Shown here in pieces: positions 8,245 to 18,747 of a stretch of 32,352 nucleotides of DNA. How positions within the stretch are numbered: the first letter of the stretch is position 1; the number at the start of each line of letters is the position of its first letter. The position numbers were made by a program, and so were the translations under genes. Origin of the DNA: Patescibacteria group bacterium (lineage in GTDB: Bacteria > Patescibacteriota > Minisyncoccia > Moranbacterales > UBA1568); NCBI GenBank assembly GCA_030916545.1, contig JAUPWI010000033.1, forward strand, positions 1 through 32,352, in the 5' to 3' direction. A model generated the notes under the pieces. The model had not been told where the DNA came from. It was given only the letters and a program-made list of their open reading frames with translations, and made no database searches.

Positions 8245-9615
8245 GTGAATCGTTTTTTTGCGATAGAAAAAAACTTCCGTCGGGGACTGAAGAAAACGGA
8301 ACGGCAGGCGGTCCACTTCGGAAAAGGGATGCTCAATTACAAGCGGTACAACCGCTTTTTGCGCGTGCTGGGACCCGGATTGGTGACGGGCGCGGCTGAC
8401 GATGATCCATCGGTTATCGCGACGTATTCCCAGGCGGGTGCGGAGCACTGTCTCGGGCTCCTGTGGGTTTTCCCGTTCATGTATCCGATCCTGCTCGCGG
8501 TCCAGGAAAGCTGTTCCCGTATCGGTGCGATCACTGGCATGGGTCTCGCTGCGGTCATCAAGGAGCACTATAGCCGGAAGCTGCTTTATCTGTCGGTCGG
8601 ACTGGTCGTCGTGGCCAACACGCTTAATATCGGTGCCGATCTGGGAGCCATGGCTGCGGCTGCTCAGCTCTTTGTCGATATTCCGTTTGCGATTCTGGCG
8701 GTTTTTTTCGCGCTTCTGATTATCCTGCTTGTCGTATTCGTGAGTTACAAGACCTATGCCAAGATCCTCAAGTGGTTGGCGCTGACGCTCTTTGTATATC
8801 CGGTCACGGTATTCATGGTCGGGCAGGATTGGGGGGAAATACTGCGGGCGACATTTTCGTTTCGTCCAGCAATCACGCCCGAGACGATGTACATCCTGGT
8901 CGGTATCATCGGAACGACCATCTCACCTTACCTGTTCTTCTGGGATACTTCCGAAGTCGTAGAGGAGGAAATCGCCAAGCACAACAAATCGAAGATCGGA
9001 GAGGAGCCGAAGCCGACTAGGCGCTTCCTTCGCAACTTGAGAGTGGACAATTTCGTCGGTATGACGCTTGCGAGCGTGACAGCTTGGTTCATTGTTATCG
9101 CATGTGCTTCGACGCTTTTCAAGAATGGGATTTTGGAGATCGATTCGGCCGCCGATGCGGCGCGGGCTCTCGAACCCTTGGTTCAGAGTTTTCCGAATTC
9201 AGGATTCATCGCCAAGTTGATATTCTCCGTAGGAATCATTGGACTGGGTCTTCTGGCGGTTCCGGTGCTTGCCGGGTCGTCGTCCTACGCGATCAGCGAG
9301 GCGCTCGGGTGGAGGGAAGGTCTGTATCGGAAATTCCATCGGGCACGCGGTTTCTATATCATCATCATTCTGGCAACCTTCGTCGGACTGGGGATGAATT
9401 TCATCGGACTTGACCCAATCAAGGCGCTGGTCTTCGCCGCCGTCTTCAATAGTATCGCCGCGGTTCCGCTCCTGTTCATTCTGGCCAGGATCGGTAACGA
9501 CGAAAATATCATGGGGGAGTACCGAAACGGTCCTTTGTCGAATTTTTTTGTGAAGCTGGCGGGGGGCGTCATGGCTCTCGCGGTGTCGGTGCTTTTGTTC
9601 CTGACGGTAATCTAG
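8245..9615 (+). CDS. NRAMP-family divalent metal cation transporter
   Basis: GPGLVTGAADDDPS..ATYSQAGA and GTTISPYLFFW motifs, about 11 TM segments. GTG start at 8245, alternative ATG at 8329. Confidence 0.9.
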   Translation: MNRFFAIEKNFRRGLKKTERQAVHFGKGMLNYKRYNRFLRVLGPGLVTGAADDDPSVIATYSQAGAEHCLGLLWVFPFMYPILLAVQESCSRIGAITGMGLAAVIKEHYSRKLLYLSVGLVVVANTLNIGADLGAMAAAAQLFVDIPFAILAVFFALLIILLVVFVSYKTYAKILKWLALTLFVYPVTVFMVGQDWGEILRATFSFRPAITPETMYILVGIIGTTISPYLFFWDTSEVVEEEIAKHNKSKIGEEPKPTRRFLRNLRVDNFVGMTLASVTAWFIVIACASTLFKNGILEIDSAADAARALEPLVQSFPNSGFIAKLIFSVGIIGLGLLAVPVLAGSSSYAISEALGWREGLYRKFHRARGFYIIIILATFVGLGMNFIGLDPIKALVFAAVFNSIAAVPLLFILARIGNDENIMGEYRNGPLSNFFVKLAGGVMALAVSVLLFLTVI

Positions 9616-9708
9616 AGTCTACGCGGTATCGGGCTGCAGATGATTGCCAAGAGAGCGTGAAACGTGGTATGGGAGAAGAGGAGTTCTTGGACAATCGAGG
9701 AGACAATC

Positions 9709-10302
9709 ATGAAGATGTTGAATGGGCTCGTTTCGGGTATGACCGAAAGAGAGGCGCTTGCCCGTGTGTTCGGGAAGCATATGGATTCGTTGTCTCCCCT
9801 CGTCGGGATTCCTTGCGGGTATGGAGCGCAAGACCTGAAGCTGATGTTCGCTATCTGGCTCGACGGTCTGACGGAGTTGCTGGAAGGAAGTCATTCCATG
9901 CCTCAGGTGGTATGCGATGATTGGCAGAGAAAGTATCTGGCCCGTTGGAAGCAGGAAAGAGTATCATCTCGGAGGGAGAATCAGCGTGTCTGGTCCGCGA
10001 TCAAGACCTTGTCCGATGAGGCTAAATGGATGCTCGGGTGGAGCAGGATGTTTCTTGAAGCGTTTTACGTGGAGCGCCTTCGTACCGTGTATCCTTCCGC
10101 GGCAGAAATCATCGCGCCGTGTCTCGTGGAATTGGCACTTCTTGCTGTCGTCGATCTTCTTCTTGCGCAACGTGCGGTATTCTTCTGCGCGTATGTTGAG
10201 CCGGAATTTCAAGCGAGTAGGAAGGCCTGGAAACAGGCGGAGCGGCGAGCGCGAAGGGCATGGGGGATGTCCCGCCATGATAGGCAGGTGAGCGTGCACT
10301 GA
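9709..10302 (+). CDS. Hypothetical protein
   Basis: Open frame filling the gap. ATG 9709 is preceded by GAGGAG. Shares collinear motifs with the next ORF. Confidence 0.65.
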   Translation: MKMLNGLVSGMTEREALARVFGKHMDSLSPLVGIPCGYGAQDLKLMFAIWLDGLTELLEGSHSMPQVVCDDWQRKYLARWKQERVSSRRENQRVWSAIKTLSDEAKWMLGWSRMFLEAFYVERLRTVYPSAAEIIAPCLVELALLAVVDLLLAQRAVFFCAYVEPEFQASRKAWKQAERRARRAWGMSRHDRQVSVH

Positions 10303-10338
10303 GGTAATTTTCTGCGCGGGGGGGCGTCCTGCGGACTC

Positions 10339-10367
10339 TTGACAGATTTTGCTAGGCGTGGTATCTT
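10339..10367 (+). promoter_or_regulatory. Sigma70-type promoter for 10404 gene
   Basis: TTGACA, 17-bp spacer, TATCTT with an extended TG. Confidence 0.75.
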
Positions 10368-10403
10368 CTGAATTCAAGTTCTTTACTTAGGGAAGGGAAA
10401 AAT

Positions 10404-10919
10404 ATGGAGGCAGCATCGTCTTTTGAAACAGGTGCTGCTTTCGCAGCGTTTTGTGTCAACTTCCGGTCTTTGCTGGAAAAATATGGACTTTGTCTCGAGG
10501 CGTCGGACTCGGATGCTCGGCCCAATTCGGACTGGATGTACCAAAACATGTTTGCTTTCTATGGAAGCGCCATGGAGACCTACTTTGAAAACCTGAAGTA
10601 TCGTGGCCTCAATTTGTCTCCCGAAACGCGTGAGCGGTGGCAGAACGGAGTCATGACCGCCGAACTTGGCGATCAGGATCGGCCCGGGGTTCTTCCGGAA
10701 GGCTGTCGGGCGTTTCTTGATTACGCGGGGAGGAGTTTTTTCCCCATCTTTTTCGGGAACGCTTTCGCAATCGGCAAGACTCAGATGTCAACGGACCGGA
10801 CTTTGGCACTGGTATTGACGGAATTGGCTCTCAAATCCCTTGCTGCCCTTTTCGCTCGGGAAGTAGCAGCGTTCCTTCCGGTATCTTCCGATATGCAGCA
10901 GCATGTCGTTTTGCACTGA
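10404..10919 (+). CDS. Hypothetical protein
   Basis: 171-aa ORF bracketed by a near-consensus promoter, a purine-rich RBS region and a terminator. Confidence 0.75.
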   Translation: MEAASSFETGAAFAAFCVNFRSLLEKYGLCLEASDSDARPNSDWMYQNMFAFYGSAMETYFENLKYRGLNLSPETRERWQNGVMTAELGDQDRPGVLPEGCRAFLDYAGRSFFPIFFGNAFAIGKTQMSTDRTLALVLTELALKSLAALFAREVAAFLPVSSDMQQHVVLH

Positions 10920-10941
10920 AGATACGTGTGCTGTTTTTTTT

Positions 10942-10979
10942 GGCACTGGCTGGTAGTATCGGCCGGTGCCTCTTTTTTT
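10942..10979 (+). terminator. Intrinsic terminator
   Basis: GGCACTGGCTGG/TCGGCCGGTGCC stem (with G-U pairs) followed by TCTTTTTTT. Confidence 0.7.
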
Positions 10980-11004
10980 GTCCGATTTCCGAAGCGTTCC
11001 GGGG

Positions 11005-11033
11005 TTGACTGAAATCGGGAAAATCGGTATACT
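11005..11033 (+). promoter_or_regulatory. Sigma70-type promoter for typA
   Basis: TTGACT, 17-bp spacer, TATACT. Confidence 0.75.
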
Positions 11034-11104
11034 CATTTTGATAGAGAGCGGTGACGCCTCTTTTTTTGACCTTCACCTCCTTATTTTTTTGACGGGAAAT
11101 ATCT

Positions 11105-12901
<1,797 letters not shown>

Positions 12902-12938
12902 AGGGGGGAGAAAAAATATCGCAGTCTGGGAAATTACG

Positions 12939-12969
12939 AACCGCCACGACCTTCTGTCGGGCGGTTTTT
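12939..12969 (+). terminator. Intrinsic terminator after typA
   Basis: AACCGCC(A)CGAC-CTTCT-GTCGGGCGGTT stem followed by a T tract. Confidence 0.7.
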
Positions 12970-13075
12970 CCGATTCATCCGGGCGGGGGAAGAGGCTTGT
13001 GGAGAAGGCTTCCGGTCTACCCGAATAATCCGAAACCATGTATACTGTCGGGGTAACCAGTGAAACTGAAAAAAT

Positions 13076-13912
13076 ATGGAAGAGAAGTGGGAGGATGTGG
13101 ACGATGCGGTTGAATCGAAGTCGACCAGCAAGGATGCTTTGACGATAGCAGGAGCGATACTCCTCGGGTGTTTGATCATTTCGGGTACCTTGGCCTATGT
13201 CTCCGCTCGGGGAGTGAAGACCATCGGACAGGCCGGATCAGCGACCGCGGATCAGGCCGCCAAGCAGCCGGATGCGGTGAAGGTGGATCTGAATCAGATC
13301 AAAGCGCTTTTTACGGATAAGAATATCATGTTCGGTAAGAAGGACAGTAAGGTGTTGTTCGTGGAATTCAGCGACCCGAGCTGCCCGTTCTGCCACGTGG
13401 CTGCCGGGAAGAATCCGGAGCTGAACAAGCAGGCCGGCGCGCAGTTCACGATGGAGAAGGATGGCGGCACGTATTTGCCACCGGTTCCGGAAATGAAGAA
13501 GCTGGTCGATTCCGGAAAGGCGGCGTTCGTCTGGTTGTACGCGAACGGGCATGGCAACGGGGAGCTGGCTACCAAGGCTTTGTATTGCGCCAAGGAAAAA
13601 GGGAAGTTTTGGGAGGTGCATGATCTCCTGATGTCGGCTGCTGGGTATGATCTCGTGAACAATACGGTGAAGAATGATACTGCCAAGGCTGGTGAAATGG
13701 CCGATTTCCTGAAGAGCGCGACCAAGGCTGATGACATGAAGAAATGTCTTGAAAGCGGAAAATACGATGACCGTATCGCTGGTGATATGGCGATTGCGCA
13801 GCAGATCGGTTTCAAGGGGACGCCGAGCTTTTTCGTCAATACGACGAATTTCGCCGGAGCATACAGCTACAAGGATATGGCTTCAGCAGTGGAAGAGGCT
13901 CTGAAGAAATAG
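13076..13912 (+). CDS. Membrane-anchored DsbA-family thiol-disulfide oxidoreductase
   Basis: N-terminal TM helix, EFSDPSCPFC active site, GKFWEVHD, cis-Pro motif GTPSFFVN. Confidence 0.88.
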   Translation: MEEKWEDVDDAVESKSTSKDALTIAGAILLGCLIISGTLAYVSARGVKTIGQAGSATADQAAKQPDAVKVDLNQIKALFTDKNIMFGKKDSKVLFVEFSDPSCPFCHVAAGKNPELNKQAGAQFTMEKDGGTYLPPVPEMKKLVDSGKAAFVWLYANGHGNGELATKALYCAKEKGKFWEVHDLLMSAAGYDLVNNTVKNDTAKAGEMADFLKSATKADDMKKCLESGKYDDRIAGDMAIAQQIGFKGTPSFFVNTTNFAGAYSYKDMASAVEEALKK

Positions 13913-13940
13913 TCCGCCTTCCGGGTAGCCGGTATCGGTC

Positions 13941-13980
13941 AAAAAAAACGCCCCGACGGAATTGCGGGGCGGTTTTTTTA
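13941..13980. terminator. Bidirectional intrinsic terminator
   Basis: A8-CGCCCCG...CGGGGCG-GT7 between the convergent DsbA and recombinase genes. Confidence 0.8.
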
Positions 13981-14931
13981 TTTCTTTTTCCGTCGCTTAT
14001 CGTGGAATGTCCGGTGTATCTCCTTGAGATGTTCATCGGTGACGTGAGTGTAGATCTGCGTCGTGGTGATGGAGGCATGTCCGAGCATCGCCTGGACGCT
14101 TCGGATATCCGCTCCGTTGGCAAGGAGATCGGTCGCGAAGGTATGTCGGAGCGTATGTGGATGGACATCCTTGATGATACCGGCCTTGGTGGCGGAATAC
14201 TTGACGATGCGCTCGATGCTGCGGGGTGTCAGGCGGAGACTTTCTCGACCGCCGTCGCCAGGCTTTTGTGTGGATGAGAGAGCGATGAACAGGGCCGGGT
14301 CGGTGTCCGTCCGTTTGCTCAAATACCGTTCCAGTGCTCCTTTGGCGGAAGGAGAAATGAAGACGATGCGGAGTTTGTCTCCTTTGCCACGGATGGAAAA
14401 TTCCTCTTTGGTGAGATCAATGTGTTGACGATCGAGATGGGTGAGTTCTGAGACCCGGAGTCCGGCGGAAAAGAGCAGTTCAAGTATCGCCCGATCGCGA
14501 AGTGAACGGAGCGTGGAGCCGGCCGTCGCCAGGATAAGGCGTTCTATTTCGTCTGGTTCCAGGAAGTCTACCTGACGTATCGGCGTACGACCGACCTCGA
14601 TCTTTTCCGGAGGGAGTGTCTCTATATCCTGTTTGGTGAGGAATCGGAGAAAGGAACGCAGGACGACCGCGTGGTGGCTCTGAGTGTTTTTTTTCAGGGT
14701 ATTTCCCAGTCGGGTCTCCCTTCGGTTCAAGGCGAGCCGGTATTCATGGACGATATCGTACGTGATATCTTCCGGTCTTGTGAGTTGGGTCGTTCGGATG
14801 AACCGGTTCAGGCAATGGGCATAATTTTCCAGGGTCCGAGCGGAACGCCCGAGTTCGATTTCCAGGTGGTCCAGGAAGCGTTTTATTTGTTTTTCGAGTG
14901 GGGTAGAGGGCTTTCGGAAGAGCGCGTCCAT
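13978..14931 (-). CDS. XerC/XerD-type tyrosine recombinase
   Basis: N-terminal SAM-like domain (SARTLENY) and a full catalytic set: GLRVSEL, GKGDK, HTLRH, LGH, TTQIY. 317 aa, with no arm-binding domain. Confidence 0.93.
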   Translation of the reverse strand: MDALFRKPSTPLEKQIKRFLDHLEIELGRSARTLENYAHCLNRFIRTTQLTRPEDITYDIVHEYRLALNRRETRLGNTLKKNTQSHHAVVLRSFLRFLTKQDIETLPPEKIEVGRTPIRQVDFLEPDEIERLILATAGSTLRSLRDRAILELLFSAGLRVSELTHLDRQHIDLTKEEFSIRGKGDKLRIVFISPSAKGALERYLSKRTDTDPALFIALSSTQKPGDGGRESLRLTPRSIERIVKYSATKAGIIKDVHPHTLRHTFATDLLANGADIRSVQAMLGHASITTTQIYTHVTDEHLKEIHRTFHDKRRKKK

Positions 14932-15008
14932 AGGATTGGGAAGAGAAAGGCGGATTTCGTCGGATTCAAAGCAGCAGCTGCTGTTCGCGTGAGGTATCTA
15001 TATCAGAC

Positions 15009-15037
15009 AGTATACCGCGGGAGAAGCGCTTCCTGAA
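15009..15037 (-). promoter_or_regulatory. Putative promoter for the recombinase gene
   Basis: Minus strand TTCAGG, 17-bp spacer, TATACT. Confidence 0.5.
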
Positions 15038-15047
15038 GTCTGAGGGG

Positions 15048-15056
15048 TTATCCACA
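15048..15056 (+). promoter_or_regulatory. Consensus DnaA box
   Basis: Exact TTATCCACA in the divergent xer/LysM intergenic region. Confidence 0.55.
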
Positions 15057-15107
15057 GACTAAATGCATTATTAAAGCCAAAAAACGGGAATATGTTCGGA
15101 TTTTTGA

Positions 15108-15136
15108 TTGACGCGAAACGGGAGCTGGGATAGAAT
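15108..15136 (+). promoter_or_regulatory. Sigma70-type promoter for the LysM-CHAP gene
   Basis: TTGACG, 17-bp spacer, TAGAAT. Confidence 0.75.
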
Positions 15137-15166
15137 CTGCTGTGTAATTCTTAGGGAAAAAGCCCC

Positions 15167-16510
15167 ATGTCGCTTCCGATACCCGAGGGGGGTATCTGGC
15201 TGGCTCAGGCTGGTTCCAAGGAAAGGAAAACGAGTATTCGTTTCCCGACATTCTTCAGGAGGAAGACCGAAAATGATGAACCGGCGGACGGGTGTGACGC
15301 GGTTGATCATGAGCCGGCAAGTCTCGCGGACTTGCTGTCCCGTCTGCATACGAAAATCCATCATGGACAATCGAAAGCGTTGATCTGCATCAAGGAGGCA
15401 TCCGGATACCGGGTAGTGCACTGGTTTCGGAATTACGCAGCGTTTTCAGTCGTCGCCTCGAGCGCGTTGCTCGTTTCCGCGACGAATTTCGCTCATGGGA
15501 AGGATGTCGATTCATTGCTGTTCGGATATGCCGATGGCGCGGAAACGGCGGATGCCAGCGGGGATATCCCTGTCCGCAGAGCCGCGCAGGTTGGAGCGAA
15601 AGAGAATCTGTCACTGGTGCCGTTGGCGGCGGTAAGTCTGAACGCGGATCCGGACCAGAAAGACGACGCGACGCTTTTCGATATGGATGGCGTTTCTCTT
15701 CAGAATCAGATCGTGCTCTCCTCGCAAGCCGGAGGTCACCTGGCAATGGCGAAGGATCCAGAGGAAGACGGCGGGGTGAAGATCTATACGGTAGCTTCGG
15801 GCGACACCGTGAGCGGTATTGCGGCCAAGTACGGTATCACCTCGAATACGATCCTGTGGGCGAACGATCTCGATAATCCGGATGAGATCAAGCCGGGGGA
15901 TCAAATCTTCATCCTGCCGGTCGCCGGTCTTTCATACGTTGTCCAGTCGGGGGATACGATCGATTCGGTAGCGTCGAAGTATAAGGCGGACAGAGAAAAG
16001 ATCATCGCATTCAACAGCCTTCCGGCCAATGGGGAGCTTGCGATCGGAGATTCCTTGATCATTCCTGATGGGCAGAAGGAGGTTGTCGCATCGGGTTCGC
16101 TGGCGACCTCGGGGAGTCTTTCCCGGAGGCAGTACGCGACGACTGGTGGCGGTACGGCGACGGATATCTCGGGATCCCGAGTACTTGATGGACGCGCGGG
16201 GACGGGGCATCGGTTCCCGTACGGGTGGTGTACCTGGTATGTCGCTCAGAAACGCTATGTTCCTTGGGGAGGGAATGCCGGTACCTGGCTCTACAACGCG
16301 AAGTCTCTCGGATATAAGACGGGGAGGAAGCCTCAGCCGGGAGCCATCATGGTGACAACCGAGAATCGGTACTATGGTCACGTCGCCCTGGTCGAGAAGG
16401 TGAATGGCGACACGATCACGGTGAGCGAGATGAACTATGTTCGATGGGGGAAAACGAGCCGGAGGACCCTCTCAGCCTCGAGCCGGGCGATCAAGGGTTT
16501 CATTTATTGA
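15167..16510 (+). CDS. LysM(x2)-CHAP peptidoglycan hydrolase
   Basis: Two LysM repeats (YTVASGDTVSGIAAKYG, YVVQSGDTIDSVASKY), CHAP Cys in YGWCTWYV and His in YGHVALVE, and a hydrophobic anchor segment in the N-terminal part. Confidence 0.9.
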   Translation: MSLPIPEGGIWLAQAGSKERKTSIRFPTFFRRKTENDEPADGCDAVDHEPASLADLLSRLHTKIHHGQSKALICIKEASGYRVVHWFRNYAAFSVVASSALLVSATNFAHGKDVDSLLFGYADGAETADASGDIPVRRAAQVGAKENLSLVPLAAVSLNADPDQKDDATLFDMDGVSLQNQIVLSSQAGGHLAMAKDPEEDGGVKIYTVASGDTVSGIAAKYGITSNTILWANDLDNPDEIKPGDQIFILPVAGLSYVVQSGDTIDSVASKYKADREKIIAFNSLPANGELAIGDSLIIPDGQKEVVASGSLATSGSLSRRQYATTGGGTATDISGSRVLDGRAGTGHRFPYGWCTWYVAQKRYVPWGGNAGTWLYNAKSLGYKTGRKPQPGAIMVTTENRYYGHVALVEKVNGDTITVSEMNYVRWGKTSRRTLSASSRAIKGFIY

Positions 16511-16550
16511 TTCGACCGTATCTTCGATGATATATTCCTCTCTGTCCGCG

Positions 16551-16596
16551 AAAGAACGCGCGTGATTCGTCCGGGTCATCGCCGTTCTTTTTTTTT
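16551..16596 (+). terminator. Intrinsic terminator after LysM-CHAP
   Basis: AAAGAACG...CGTTCTTT imperfect long stem with a long T tract. Confidence 0.6.
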
Positions 16597-16632
16597 CATT
16601 TCCTTTGGGGTATACTGTGGAGGGAATCGTCT

Positions 16633-18732
16633 ATGGGAAGAAACAAAAAGATATTCATATTTTTTGGGGCGGTGTTTTTTTTGTGCGCCGTTTTTTGGTT
16701 GGTGCCGGACATTGGTCTAGCCGCTGATTCGGGTGAGAATGAAGGTGGTTTTTTTGCTCCCGTGTCGAATGCTATTAAGGGGGCGATCGCCTGGGTTCTT
16801 TATAAGATTTTCACGGTGTTCGTCTGGCTGGCCGCGGCAGCGATCGCGCTGTTCAGCTTCGCGATCAATGCCGATTTGATTTCTGGGCCGACCGGACTCC
16901 TGAATCAGCCGGAAATCTACGAGCTCTGGAAATTCGTCCGTGATTTCTGCAATATCTTCTTCATCCTGATGCTCCTGATCGGGGCCTTCTCGATGGTGTT
17001 TCAGCTCTCGAGCTACAATGCCAAGAAGACGCTCCTTAGCATCATCCTTGCGGCGCTGTTCGTGAATTTCAGCTTTCCGCTTTCCCGGGTATTGATCGAT
17101 GTCTCGAATGTCCCGACGTACTTCTTCGCCCAGCAGATAATGGGATCGAGCGGCGGCAGTTCGGTTTCCGAGGCGGTGAGTGCGTCCTTCGTGAGCGCGA
17201 CGGGTATGGAGAAGCTCTTGTTGGGGGATAAGGGAGACGACGCGGAGGTATCGACCCTGATCGTGGCCATCGTTTTCATCTTCATGTTTGCCGTGGCACT
17301 GTGCATCCTCGCGGTATTGTTCGTGATCCGGGTGGTTTCATTGACCGTACTCGTGATTTTCTCGCCGGTCGGATTCATGAAATTCATGCCTGGTGTCAGC
17401 GGCTATGCCGATGAATGGTGGAAAAAATTGGTCGGAAACCTGATATTCGCGCCGGCCGCCATGCTGATGCTGCTTGTATCGGTCCGTTTCGCCAATGTTT
17501 TCCAAACGTACAACACGACGCTTACCGGTGAGGCATCCACGGTGTCGGGAGATCCGGGATTGACACAGATATTCAGCGTCATGATGAAATCCGCCATTCC
17601 CATCATTCTCATCATGATGACCATTTCCGTCGCTCTGAGTTCCAAGGTAGCCGGAGTGGGCATCGCCAAGAAAGTGAATGACAAGATGATGGGCTGGGGG
17701 AAGAAAGCCTCTCTTTTGGCAGCCGGGGGTCTTGCGGGAGCTGGAATGTACTTGGGTGGACGCAAGGCCAAGGGCGCCGCGCTTGGGTGGAAGGAAAGAT
17801 ATATCGATAAGACCTGGCTTTCCGCGAAGACAAGAGAATCACGACGGAAAGACAAGGAAGAGGAGTGGAAGGGATATGGTCGCGGCGGCGCGGATGGTCG
17901 GAAAGCCGCCCTGGAAACCATTCAGAATCGGAAGATCTTCGATGCGGTCAAGGATAATAAGGATCGGAATACCAGCAATTCTGAGTTGTTGAAAAACTTG
18001 AATGAGGGTGATCCGGTAAAGGCCGCCGCCGCCGCACTTTCCTTGTCCGAGAATAAGGCGATTTCTAATCCGGAGGACCTTCAGAAGGCGACGAAGGCCT
18101 TAGAGGTCTTTGGAAAGAATGCTCCGCGTGAGACGAGCAAGCTGCTTGAAAACGCCCGATCGGGAGCATTCAGAATGAAAGCCGGAGAAATCGGGGATCT
18201 GTTGAATAGCGAGACGTTCGCGCAGCGTGATGCGAACGGCCAGGCGATGAAGAACGCCGATGGGAGCTATGTCATCGATACGAGTTCGAATCTGTATCGG
18301 GATTTCTCCTCCAAGATGCGCAGTGAAGGCCAGATCAAGTCTTTTGCGGATTATCAAATCCAAGGAGAAATGGCCCGTGTGGCGGCGACCGGCGCGGCTC
18401 CGGACGAGGCGAAGATCCGGAAGGACATCTACAACGATACGATCGGCAAGCTTTCATCGATCGATCTGGCGAAGCAGGGCAGTATTCATGATGCCGTAGG
18501 GTCGGACAAGGAATTGGCGAATTATATGAAAGAGTACGCCAAGAACAGGAAGAATTACGAGAAGACGATGGAGAGGATGTCAGCGGTCGATCAGGCCAAA
18601 GGGATTGACGCCGAGATTACGCCGACTGGGACAGCCGATTCCGCTGATGCGGATTCCGCTTCCGCGGCAGCCGCGCAGAGTCAGAGAGAGAAGCTCCGTG
18701 AGGTCGGACGACGGAATAATCGTCGAGCCTAA
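16633..18732 (+). CDS. VirB6/TrbL-like polytopic membrane protein with long charged C-terminal tail
   Basis: LWKFVRDFCNIFFI, ALFVNFS...LIDVSN, IRVVSL...IFSP and WWKKL...FAP pattern of CPR VirB6-like proteins; upstream of prgI/virB4; GGAGGG RBS. Confidence 0.7.
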   Translation: MGRNKKIFIFFGAVFFLCAVFWLVPDIGLAADSGENEGGFFAPVSNAIKGAIAWVLYKIFTVFVWLAAAAIALFSFAINADLISGPTGLLNQPEIYELWKFVRDFCNIFFILMLLIGAFSMVFQLSSYNAKKTLLSIILAALFVNFSFPLSRVLIDVSNVPTYFFAQQIMGSSGGSSVSEAVSASFVSATGMEKLLLGDKGDDAEVSTLIVAIVFIFMFAVALCILAVLFVIRVVSLTVLVIFSPVGFMKFMPGVSGYADEWWKKLVGNLIFAPAAMLMLLVSVRFANVFQTYNTTLTGEASTVSGDPGLTQIFSVMMKSAIPIILIMMTISVALSSKVAGVGIAKKVNDKMMGWGKKASLLAAGGLAGAGMYLGGRKAKGAALGWKERYIDKTWLSAKTRESRRKDKEEEWKGYGRGGADGRKAALETIQNRKIFDAVKDNKDRNTSNSELLKNLNEGDPVKAAAAALSLSENKAISNPEDLQKATKALEVFGKNAPRETSKLLENARSGAFRMKAGEIGDLLNSETFAQRDANGQAMKNADGSYVIDTSSNLYRDFSSKMRSEGQIKSFADYQIQGEMARVAATGAAPDEAKIRKDIYNDTIGKLSSIDLAKQGSIHDAVGSDKELANYMKEYAKNRKNYEKTMERMSAVDQAKGIDAEITPTGTADSADADSASAAAAQSQREKLREVGRRNNRRA

Positions 18733-18747
18733 TCTTTTTCGAACGTT

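Noticed and set aside
15052-15078. dif-like site next to the xer gene (ACTAA-ATGCA-TTATTAAAG)
   Set aside because: The spacer and the XerD arm deviate from TTATGTTAAAT; the similarity is explained by local AT richness.
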